The notes under the pieces are model-generated. The model made no database searches. It was not told the DNA's origin and worked only from the letters and a program-made list of their open reading frames with translations. A stretch of DNA of 32,000 bases, taken from positions 1,770,001-1,802,000 of the forward strand of contig NC_014033.1 in NCBI RefSeq assembly GCF_000025925.1, written 5' to 3'. The stretch is from Xylanibacter ruminicola 23 (GTDB lineage Bacteria > Bacteroidota > Bacteroidia > Bacteroidales > Bacteroidaceae). Shown in pieces: positions 8,434 to 15,320 of the stretch. Numbering within the stretch: the stretch's first letter is position 1; each line of letters opens with the position of its first letter. The position numbers and the translations under genes are program-made.

Positions 8434-8441
8434 CAAATATA
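8434..8441 (-). promoter_or_regulatory. Bacteroidetes -7 box (TATATTTG)
   Basis: TAnnTTTG match 10 nt upstream of the Fic ATG at 8423, implying a very short leader. Confidence 0.4.
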
Positions 8442-8523
8442 GTGATTTTTCCCTAATTATCGGCTCATTTTGAGCTTAAAAAAGCATAAATAGCAACAGT
8501 TTTGAGCCGATTTAACCTGAACC

Positions 8524-8781
8524 TCGCTTAACGAACAAAGAGAGCCGTGCCGCTGGGGCATGGCTCTCTGATTGTTTCTAGGCTTGGATGAAGGCTACTT
8601 TGTGGCGGTTCTTTGACGAGGGGGTGCTGGGGCGGACGGCAAAGTGCAGCCACACGGCACCGTAGCGATTCTTTTCTATCAGCAGCTCGTCGAACTCCTG
8701 CTGCGATTCCCGGGCGTAGGCCAGCAGGATGGCGGCATAGGTGATGGCTTGCTCCATCCCGCTGGTACGGATGTCGGCGGC
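8524..8781. repeat. Direct repeat copy B (within the intact M15 gene and its terminator)
   Basis: See copy A at 6994-7250. The offset between copies is 1530-1531 nt. Confidence 0.9.
8539..8569 (-). terminator. Hairpin downstream of the M15 peptidase gene
   Basis: AGAGAGCCGTGCC-GCTG-GGGCATGGCTCTCT lies 9 nt after the stop at 8578 and is followed on the minus strand by TTGTTCGTT. The same hairpin is repeated at about 7008-7037. Confidence 0.5.
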
Positions 8782-9045
8782 GCAACCTGTCAGATGGTTG
8801 CTGGTGGGCGCTCCCCCAACCTTCCGGTTCAACTGCGGCGAGCGATAGCCCGAGTTGATCACAATAGATCGTCCGGTCCGTTCTCTCAGCGCTTCCAGCC
8901 ATGTGCATAGGCGTTTTAGATTTGCTATCGCCTCATGGCTAGGGATGTTATACACTTCGGGATGACTACTACTCTTTGTCATCTCACCTAGAGTGAAGTG
9001 CTCGGAGAGGTTTGCATTACTGTTTAACTGAACTATGGATTCCAT
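8578..9045 (-). CDS. Peptidase M15 family (D-Ala-D-Ala carboxypeptidase-like), phage-lysin-type cell wall hydrolase
   Basis: 155 aa. SEHFTLGEMTKSS...INSGYRSPQLNRKVGGAPTSNHLTGCAADI matches the Peptidase_M15_3 pattern (FxxxE, SGYR, SxH, AxD). Confidence 0.8.
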   Translation of the reverse strand: MESIVQLNSNANLSEHFTLGEMTKSSSHPEVYNIPSHEAIANLKRLCTWLEALRERTGRSIVINSGYRSPQLNRKVGGAPTSNHLTGCAADIRTSGMEQAITYAAILLAYARESQQEFDELLIEKNRYGAVWLHFAVRPSTPSSKNRHKVAFIQA

Positions 9046-9080
9046 AATGTTTAATGTTTAATCTTTAATGTTTAATTTAC
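9046..9080 (-). repeat. Heptamer array (minus-strand reading: GTAAATT AAACATT AAAGATT AAACATT AAACATT) abutting the M15 ATG
   Basis: Five tandem 7-nt units fill the whole gap between the 9072 stop and the 9045 start. Confidence 0.9.
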
Positions 9081-9443
9081 CTTTCTCTTCTTGTTCACGT
9101 TCAGTGGTGTACTATGGGGGAAGGCCTGGCTGTAGGCGCTGTCGAGGGCTTTCAGATCTATCTTGTAGTAGCTGATGACTGTACGTACAGCTACAATAGC
9201 GCGCAGCAGTTCGCGGTGCTTGCGCGGATAGAGACTGGGCTTTGGCAACTCGTTCCAGCCCTCCTGCTCGCACAGGTGGCACACGTGCCAGATAAAATCA
9301 TCATTGGCCTGTGGGCCGAACCACAGCTTCAGTATGTTACGTATGCAGTAGCGTTTGCACTGCATGCCAAGCAGGCGCCTTGTGCGCTCCAGCCGTAGCC
9401 AGAGCTGCACAAAGCATTCGCGGGTATTATCTACTTGTATCAT
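9072..9443 (-). CDS. Hypothetical protein
   Basis: 123-aa ORF whose ATG overlaps the upstream stop (ATGA at 9440-9443). I recognised no motifs. Confidence 0.5.
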   Translation of the reverse strand: MIQVDNTRECFVQLWLRLERTRRLLGMQCKRYCIRNILKLWFGPQANDDFIWHVCHLCEQEGWNELPKPSLYPRKHRELLRAIVAVRTVISYYKIDLKALDSAYSQAFPHSTPLNVNKKRKVN

Positions 9444-11056
9444 AGGTTGGCGTATTTTTGTTTAAACTGTTCGGTTTTACAATAGCGACGACTCACCTCG
9501 TCGTACACCAGATGACCGCGGGTTTGCCATTGGCGCAGGGCACTATCGCCATCGCCTTGCCTGCCTTGCTGCTGGCGCATCAGCATATACTGCTCGCGGG
9601 TAAACTCATCGGGCAGCAGGCGCAACAGGTTCTTGGGGCCCGAGCGGCGCTGTATCTCAACTTCCTCGCGCAACTCCTTCTCCAACTGGTCGCCAAAGTA
9701 CAGCATCTTGCACCACAGGTTGTACTGCTCGCTCCAACGCACAAAGTCGGCTATCGTCTTGTCCCATCTATAGCCGTGGGCCACATACAGCAGCATGCCT
9801 TTTAGCCACGAGATAACGTTGGCACGATACGACAGCACGCGATAGGCCTCACTCTCGAACAGCTTGGCAGCCTCCTTGTTTTCTATACGGATATCGAGCG
9901 AGAGTTTCTTGGCCTGCGGGCACTCTATCAGTCCGTTGGCAGCCTCCAACCGGTCGATATAAGGCTTCAGTTCGGCAGCAAACTGCTCGTCGTAGATGCC
10001 CTGTATGGGCGGCTCGTCGTCGTCATCATCGTTGCGGATGATGGTGGCCACATCCAGTCGGCCCACGGTACCATCGTTCACCATCTTATAGAAGAACTTA
10101 CGGGCGTTTGGCGGCGTGGTGCTGGCGTTAAAGTTCCATCTGAGCGGAGCAATACCACTCACGCTATCGGCACCCACGCGCTCCTGACCAGCCAGCGAAT
10201 TATCAAAGGCCTTACGTATCAGCAGCCCCACCTCATCTACCGAGTTTTTCGATGTCACCTTCTTCAGCGCCTCTACCTCATCTACGATGGTAAAAATGTA
10301 GCGCTGCCCGTTGTTGTGGGCATCCACTATGCGCTGGTTAAACACGGCATCGGTCAGGTTATCAATCAGCATCTGTATGCAGATATCAGCGGGGCGCGGG
10401 TCTTTTTTCTGCTTGCCGGTGGGGTTCTTGCGTTTCCACTCGGCCTCACGCTCGCGGTTGGGCTGGTCGCGCTGTCGGATGTCCTCCATGATGTAATCGA
10501 TGGGCTTTTTGATGCTGCCCTTACCGATGGATTGGCGACCCACCAGCAGATTCATAAACGTGGCCTCGTGCTCCACGTTGTCCCAATAGCGGAATTTCAC
10601 ACCGTGCAGATGCGCACCCAGCGCAGGAAATACCGCACTGGCCACGGCTGGTTTGTAATACCATGGCACGTTTTTGGTTAGCAGCTTTATCAGCGGTGGC
10701 AGCTTTTTGGGCATGGGTGGCGGTGCGGTCATGGTGCCGCCACAGGCCTTGATGCCTGCCTGCGATTTAAGTGCTTGCAGCACCTGTTTCAGTCGGTACG
10801 GCATACCCTTACGCGGTTCTTTCAGGGCGTTCTCGATGGTTTTCTGATACTCGTCCATATCGTCCTGGGTGCAGGTGCCATCAGGTGCAGCCCAGTAGTT
10901 GGGTATCACCTGCATCAGCTGCTCCAGATCGTAGCCGCAGATGCTGCGGATGGTAACGGCCAGCTCGAAGGTAAGCGCATTCCTATCGCCCACCGTAGGC
11001 ACCTTGCCGCCATTGTACAGCTCCCAGTACTTGGCAATAATCTCGCCAAACGCCAT
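9440..11056 (-). CDS. P-loop NTPase, DUF3987/P4-alpha-like helicase-type replication protein (putative)
   Basis: Long ORF with a Walker-A-like GRQSIGKGS and a Walker-B-like IFTIVDEVE. The track start at 11077 is a TTG. I prefer the ATG at 11056 (MAFGEII...) because the conserved 35-nt element then sits 12 nt upstream, as it does for the neighbouring gene. Confidence 0.55.
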   Translation of the reverse strand: MAFGEIIAKYWELYNGGKVPTVGDRNALTFELAVTIRSICGYDLEQLMQVIPNYWAAPDGTCTQDDMDEYQKTIENALKEPRKGMPYRLKQVLQALKSQAGIKACGGTMTAPPPMPKKLPPLIKLLTKNVPWYYKPAVASAVFPALGAHLHGVKFRYWDNVEHEATFMNLLVGRQSIGKGSIKKPIDYIMEDIRQRDQPNREREAEWKRKNPTGKQKKDPRPADICIQMLIDNLTDAVFNQRIVDAHNNGQRYIFTIVDEVEALKKVTSKNSVDEVGLLIRKAFDNSLAGQERVGADSVSGIAPLRWNFNASTTPPNARKFFYKMVNDGTVGRLDVATIIRNDDDDDEPPIQGIYDEQFAAELKPYIDRLEAANGLIECPQAKKLSLDIRIENKEAAKLFESEAYRVLSYRANVISWLKGMLLYVAHGYRWDKTIADFVRWSEQYNLWCKMLYFGDQLEKELREEVEIQRRSGPKNLLRLLPDEFTREQYMLMRQQQGRQGDGDSALRQWQTRGHLVYDEVSRRYCKTEQFKQKYANL

Positions 11057-11068
11057 GCCGTTGTAATC

Positions 11069-11103
11069 TTTTTGCAACGGAATACAGGACTTTAGGATTT
11101 TTC
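11069..11103 (-). promoter_or_regulatory. Conserved 35-nt leader element, copy 1
   Basis: TTTTTGCAACGGAATACAGGACTTTAGGATTTTTC matches 11757-11791 at 32 of 35 positions. It lies 12 nt upstream of the ATG at 11056 and spans the stop of the upstream gene. Confidence 0.6.
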
Positions 11104-11745
11104 CTTCGTGCGTTGTCGTGACTGGGGACTGGTACCTGTCACAGGATGTGACTGGCCCTGTCCCCTGTCGCGAGAGGTAACCGATGTTTTCGAACTGTCA
11201 CACTGTATCACTGTATCAACCTGTTCGGCCTCCTCAAATATCGCATCATCCAGATACAGCAGTTCGGCCTCTGTTGTAGTAAAGAACACGCGGGTGATGT
11301 CCTTGGCCCCACTATCATAAGCTACAGATATCAACTCACTCGCCCATTTCAGGTTCTCCTCCTGACTCAGTTCGGGCCTTCGCGCAAACACCAGGTGGTA
11401 GCCACCGCCACGGGCACTCTCCTCCATCATCTTCAATCCCAGCTCATCTTTCTTGCCCAGGATGCGCTCACGAACGGCAGGCATTTCATCGGGTGTCAGG
11501 TGGTCGATATCCATACCCACGGTGGTGCTCATACGGGTGCTGCCCTTCAGGCTGCCATCCTCGTTAGGTAAGCAGCTGTAGTTCATCTGCAGCAGCTTGT
11601 GTTTCAAAGTCTCCTCGCCATTGCGGATACGCGCCACCAACTGCTGCTGCTCGCCACCATTTCGCAAAGCCAGATACTCCTCTCTCGTTAGGACGGGACG
11701 CATCATCTTCGCCCCATCCTTTATATAAATTACATGTACACTCAT
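11092..11745 (-). CDS. Archaeo-eukaryotic primase (prim-pol)/VirE-N-like domain protein
   Basis: 217 aa. GMDIDH (DxD), GGGYHLVF (sGxGxH-like) and ITRVFF resemble the three AEP/prim-pol motifs. The C-terminal ~45 aa are low complexity and are encoded by repeat-rich DNA. Confidence 0.6.
   Translation of the reverse strand: MSVHVIYIKDGAKMMRPVLTREEYLALRNGGEQQQLVARIRNGEETLKHKLLQMNYSCLPNEDGSLKGSTRMSTTVGMDIDHLTPDEMPAVRERILGKKDELGLKMMEESARGGGYHLVFARRPELSQEENLKWASELISVAYDSGAKDITRVFFTTTEAELLYLDDAIFEEAEQVDTVIQCDSSKTSVTSRDRGQGQSHPVTGTSPQSRQRTKEKS
11193..11223 (+). repeat. 31-nt ACTGT-rich block (iteron-like), copy 1
   Basis: AACTGTCACACTGTATCACTGTATCAACCTG has ACTGT three times at 8-nt spacing. It matches the reverse complement of 17102-17132 at 30 of 31 positions. 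Its first 15 nt recur at 17237-17251. Confidence 0.9.
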
Positions 11746-11756
11746 AGTTTTTCATT

Positions 11757-11791
11757 TTTTTTGCAACGGATAACAGGACTTTACGATTTTT
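11757..11791 (-). promoter_or_regulatory. Conserved 35-nt leader element, copy 2
   Basis: It lies 11 nt upstream of the ATG at 11745. Part of it (11762-11779) forms an imperfect 18-nt inverted repeat with 11806-11823. Confidence 0.6.
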
Positions 11792-11836
11792 CTAATCAAT
11801 CTTGTCAGTCCTGTAGTCCGTTGCTAAATTTATTTA

Positions 11837-12508
11837 TCAGAAATTGGGGTATCCCAGTTTTGCGTTCAGGAATCTCACGCCATCAAGGGTCCAGGTCATG
11901 TAAACCTTTACCTTCTTCTGGCCCTTTAAACTATAGGATACGTGCGTGCGCAGGCGTGTAAGGTTGCGGTCGGCCAGATCGTCGCTGATGTTCCAATGCC
12001 CATCGCGGCGGTACTGTATGCCCATATCGCGCAGTATGGCGTTAAAGTCGTAGGTAGTCATGTTAAACGTCTTAGCCACCTGCGTAGCCGTCAGCGTATC
12101 CTCGGCGGGCTCGTTCAGCATGCGCAACCCCTCGCCGATAATCTCATCGGCCAGCGCCAGAATCTTCTTCGGACTTGGCAGTGCCAGCTGCTGCTTACGT
12201 TCCAGCTCCTGCAGTTCCAAGTGTTCCCAGCGCAGCACCAACTTGGCACGCTGCTCATCGTTAAACTTCGTGGCGATGTAGAGGCACTCGGTTTTGGTTA
12301 GCTGATAGCAGGGGGCGTGACGAACGGCACCATTGCCGATTTTTACCTCTCGGAACATCAGCGCAAATTTTCGCCCATGTACTTTTTCCCAGGCCGGCTC
12401 CATGTTTCGGATAGCCTTCATTAAGTCTTTGTGTTGCTTACCTGTCAGCTCAGCAATTTCGAGCGACGTAATTGTTTGTACCTTATTAATATTTATAATC
12501 TGTGTCAT
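11837..12508 (-). CDS. Rha-family phage regulatory protein with C-terminal KilAC antirepressor-like domain
   Basis: ITSLEIAELTGKQHKDLMKAIRNM...YQLTKTECLYIATKFNDEQRAKLVLRWEHLE follows the Phage_pRha pattern. The C-terminal TATQVAKTFNMTTYDFNAILRDMGIQYRRDGHW is KilAC-like. Confidence 0.8.
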   Translation of the reverse strand: MTQIININKVQTITSLEIAELTGKQHKDLMKAIRNMEPAWEKVHGRKFALMFREVKIGNGAVRHAPCYQLTKTECLYIATKFNDEQRAKLVLRWEHLELQELERKQQLALPSPKKILALADEIIGEGLRMLNEPAEDTLTATQVAKTFNMTTYDFNAILRDMGIQYRRDGHWNISDDLADRNLTRLRTHVSYSLKGQKKVKVYMTWTLDGVRFLNAKLGYPNF

Positions 12509-12600
12509 AATTTTGAGTTGTTTAAGCGAGAAGAAGTTTCGGAAATCCGATGGCCATCTTCACGTGAAGACTTCCTCTGCTCCAACTCATGGGTTTTACA

Positions 12601-12885
12601 TTATTTATTAAGCTTTACGATATCAGTGCAAAGTATCTCTTGGAACACTTGGTTCTGATATTCGTGAGTAGAGAAACGAAGTGTGGCTGCCACCACATCA
12701 CCTTCGTAGAACCTGCACGCCGCCAGATTGCCCAGCATAGCGCACACATACTCGTTTTCGAACTTTGATCCACCCATCTCGCGCAGCACAATGTTGCACT
12801 TCTGGATGGTACCGTTTTCTGTTTTCGACGACTGTACGCCAAAGGCCTCGCCCTGGCGTACTACTTTTAAAATTTTTGTTTCCAT
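12601..12885 (-). CDS. Small OB-fold-like protein (DUF3127-like, tentative)
   Basis: 94 aa. Its size and residue pattern (ILKVV..G..F....SK..G...K..IVL.E......YVC..L.......EGDVV...L.F..) resemble DUF3127 proteins. This is a weak call made by eye. Confidence 0.4.
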   Translation of the reverse strand: METKILKVVRQGEAFGVQSSKTENGTIQKCNIVLREMGGSKFENEYVCAMLGNLAACRFYEGDVVAATLRFSTHEYQNQVFQEILCTDIVKLNK

Positions 12886-13073
12886 AATTACAAAAATGTT
12901 GTGTAAGGTTTGTATTTACCATACCCTTTGCGTTTATAAATTGGTTTGTATCAGCATGTCAAAGAACGTGCAAACCGAATACAAAGCGAAAGCTTGCTTT
13001 CAGGCTTTGTTGAGGTGCAGCCGTTTTTCGAGGTGCAGCCTCAATGAGCACCGTCAATCAATGTTTGACGCTG

Positions 13074-13081
13074 CAAAGATA
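13074..13081 (-). promoter_or_regulatory. Bacteroidetes -7 box (TATCTTTG)
   Basis: TAnnTTTG immediately downstream of the 13087-13122 terminator, implying a leader of about 185 nt before the ATG at 12885. Confidence 0.4.
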
Positions 13082-13086
13082 GGCAC

Positions 13087-13122
13087 AAAAAAGAGGTGCA
13101 TGAAACAATGCCATGCACCTCT
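13087..13122 (-). terminator. Rho-independent terminator
   Basis: Perfect 11-bp stem AGAGGTGCATG/CATGCACCTCT with a 9-nt loop, followed on the minus strand by a T-run. It lies 27 nt after the stop at 13149. Confidence 0.75.
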
Positions 13123-13148
13123 GTAGGTAATTCTGTAAGTTCTGTAAC

Positions 13149-13589
13149 TTATTCTGTAAGAGTTTGTAGTTTTAGCCGCTTGCTTACCTCGTTTTTATAG
13201 GCATCAACCAGCCGCAACACACGCTGCTTTGCCCCCTGCTGTTCCCATTTACCAACGGCCAGTCGCATGTAGGGATTATGCCGAAAGGTGTTAGATATCA
13301 GTCCCTCTACACAACCGAAGTCGCGCTCAAACTGACTCATATTGTCAGCATACTGAAAGCAATCGCGGCACACCCCGAAGATAACAGCCATCGAGCTGTC
13401 ACCCCAAAAGAAATCGCGAACCTCGTCCACACTCTCCACTAGCATCTTCACCTCGGGCACATCACTCTGCTGGGACATCACCTGATGGTCGCCCACGCGC
13501 ACCTGCGCCTTATCTACCGAAAGATTCACCACCTCGTTGTCGTGAATGTCGACATACGATCCTTGCACATAAATATTATTTCCTGCCAT
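13149..13589 (-). CDS. Hypothetical protein
   Basis: 146-aa ORF. Its N-terminus (GSYVDIHDNEVV) repeats a motif found at the C-terminus of the upstream protein. Confidence 0.55.
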   Translation of the reverse strand: MAGNNIYVQGSYVDIHDNEVVNLSVDKAQVRVGDHQVMSQQSDVPEVKMLVESVDEVRDFFWGDSSMAVIFGVCRDCFQYADNMSQFERDFGCVEGLISNTFRHNPYMRLAVGKWEQQGAKQRVLRLVDAYKNEVSKRLKLQTLTE

Positions 13590-13602
13590 AGTTTTTATAG
13601 TT

Positions 13603-14103
13603 TTATATACGGGTTACACTACTGTTATCGTGGATGTCGTTATAGTTGCCAGCCACATTCACCACCTTGGGTTCCAACTGCTCATCATCGAGATGCGAAA
13701 GTTCCTCCATAATATCCTCGGGAAAATCCATCTGGGCACTGGCACACAACTCGGTAAACACCATTTTGGCAGCCTCGCGCTTAGCCAGATTCTTGCGCTT
13801 TGATATCTTGAGATAGCTGCGCATAGCCTTCAGGATATCGACTTGCGGCGATTTGCGCGCCACCCCGGCAGATAGTTTATTAAGCTCCGACAGTTTTACC
13901 TCGGCGGCTTGGCGTTGGGCCCTCTCGTCCTGCAGTTCGCTGTTAAGACGGTCGATTTTCGTGAGCAGCTCGTCTGTCAGTTCCATCAGTCGCACCAGGT
14001 TCAGTTTCTGTTCCAGTTTCTCTTTCATTTGCTCGATGTCGTTTTCGAGCATGCGCCTGGCACCATCCTGCCAAGCTTTCAAGTCTTCGTAATTCTGTTC
14101 CAT
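13603..14103 (-). CDS. Hypothetical coiled-coil protein
   Basis: 166-aa ORF, E/K/L/Q-rich with heptad-like regions, ending in GNYNDIHDNSSV. Confidence 0.55.
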   Translation of the reverse strand: MEQNYEDLKAWQDGARRMLENDIEQMKEKLEQKLNLVRLMELTDELLTKIDRLNSELQDERAQRQAAEVKLSELNKLSAGVARKSPQVDILKAMRSYLKISKRKNLAKREAAKMVFTELCASAQMDFPEDIMEELSHLDDEQLEPKVVNVAGNYNDIHDNSSVTRI

Positions 14104-14237
14104 ATTCTTTTTTAGTTTTGAGATTTAATGATATCCGATACCAGCTCGTTGAGAGCCATGATCAGAACGGTTATGAAAAATACATTTGCCATAATTATTT
14201 GATATATTTGTTTGATAAAATTTGGTTTTGGTTGCAA

Positions 14238-14275
14238 AATAAAAAACGAGATGTATCAGAACGCGATACACCTCG
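14238..14275 (-). terminator. Rho-independent terminator after the WYL gene
   Basis: On the minus strand: CGAGGTGTATC-GCGTTCT-GATACATCTCG (one G-U pair) followed by TTTTTTATTTT. It begins 7 nt after the stop at 14282. Confidence 0.7.
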
Positions 14276-14281
14276 AATATT

Positions 14282-15172
14282 TTAATATCTTTTAAGACCT
14301 TCGGCAAATTTCTGCCGCATCTGTTCGCGCACATCGGGCGGCGACAGCACCTCGATGCCAGCACCGTGAGATAGCAGCTGACTCAGGAAATCGTGCGTAG
14401 GACGGATATCAAACGTAAAGTCGGCATAGCTTTCGGCAGTGGCCACCTCGCGTTGTGAGTGGTGCAACGGCAGGGTGCGCAGGTAGTTGGGTGTGTAATC
14501 GTAAGCGCGTATCACCACATGGGCCATGGGCGTGTCGGTAGTCAACACACCGAAGTATTCCGAAAAATAATCCTGAGGCGAGAAATCGTCGGGCATTTCG
14601 AACAAATCATCTGTAGTTGAGAGCTCCGATATGCGATCGAGCGCATAGATGCGCAGCTGCTGCTCATCGTTCAGCGCCAGCAGGTACCAGCGCTGGTGAA
14701 ACAGCTTCAGGGCGTAGGGACACACCGTTTTTACATAGCCCTCGCCATTAAACTTCTGGTAGCCCATACGCAGGCGGCGGCCCGTGTGGAAAGCGTGTAT
14801 GATAGTGCTGAGATACTCGGCCCCAGAGGGGATGTTCTCAAGCACCATACGCTCTTTCAAGCCCACACTCTCGGCCAGCACACCATGCACCGAGAGCGTA
14901 TTGTACAGCCAGTGCGCAATGCTACCATTGGCAAGCACATCGGCATTTCGGATACTATATTTATAAGTAGATGAGTCGGCCTCGATGATGATGCCGAACA
15001 TGTCGAAGATGGAGCGGCGATGACGGGTAAGCGTGCTGCGCGTTAGCTGATTACCGTCGGTAACCCCATCATCACGCCACTTGCGGTCCAGTTCGTCAAG
15101 TGTTAGCGCACGGTGCACCTTAAGCGTGTTGATAAGCCAAATATACTGGTGAAAAATCTGAGCTGGTTTCAT
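14282..15172 (-). CDS. WYL-domain transcriptional regulator (HTH-WYL-C-terminal extension architecture)
   Basis: 296 aa. N-terminal HTH-like region (LTLDELDRKW...LTRSTLTRHRRSI) and a central ...HQRWYLLALN... WYL signature. Confidence 0.8.
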   Translation of the reverse strand: MKPAQIFHQYIWLINTLKVHRALTLDELDRKWRDDGVTDGNQLTRSTLTRHRRSIFDMFGIIIEADSSTYKYSIRNADVLANGSIAHWLYNTLSVHGVLAESVGLKERMVLENIPSGAEYLSTIIHAFHTGRRLRMGYQKFNGEGYVKTVCPYALKLFHQRWYLLALNDEQQLRIYALDRISELSTTDDLFEMPDDFSPQDYFSEYFGVLTTDTPMAHVVIRAYDYTPNYLRTLPLHHSQREVATAESYADFTFDIRPTHDFLSQLLSHGAGIEVLSPPDVREQMRQKFAEGLKRY

Positions 15173-15177
15173 GCCTG

Positions 15178-15185
15178 CAAAGGTA
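15178..15185 (-). promoter_or_regulatory. Bacteroidetes -7 box (TACCTTTG)
   Basis: TAnnTTTG only 5 nt upstream of the ATG at 15172, suggesting a leaderless-type transcript. Confidence 0.4.
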
Positions 15186-15247
15186 CAGTTTTTCTTTGGA
15201 TTATTACGATTTTGGCCGTATTATTTCTTTGGATTTTCCCAAATAAC

Positions 15248-15282
15248 AAAAAAAGTGCCCCTCGCCTCGCGACGAAGGGCAC
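15248..15282 (-). terminator. Rho-independent terminator after the BspA-like gene
   Basis: On the minus strand: GTGCCCTTCG-TCGCGAGG-CGAGGGGCAC followed by TTTTTTT. Confidence 0.75.
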
Positions 15283-15320
15283 TTGAACTTAGAATTACGA
15301 TAACGTTTATTTTGTAATAA

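Noticed and set aside
9046-9080. Short tandem arrays (heptamers here and at 17398-17439, 18034-18068, 71-98 and 26688-26715; 78-nt repeats at 15499-15873) considered as CRISPR
   Set aside because: The units are contiguous with no unique spacers, are 7 nt or coding 78 nt long, and no cas genes are present.
13126-13160. TTCTGTAA repeated three times around the stop codon of the 146-aa ORF
   Set aside because: The repeat is real, but it is short, irregularly spaced (9 and 12 nt) and unique to this spot. That is not enough to propose a function beyond noting the repeat-prone character of the island.
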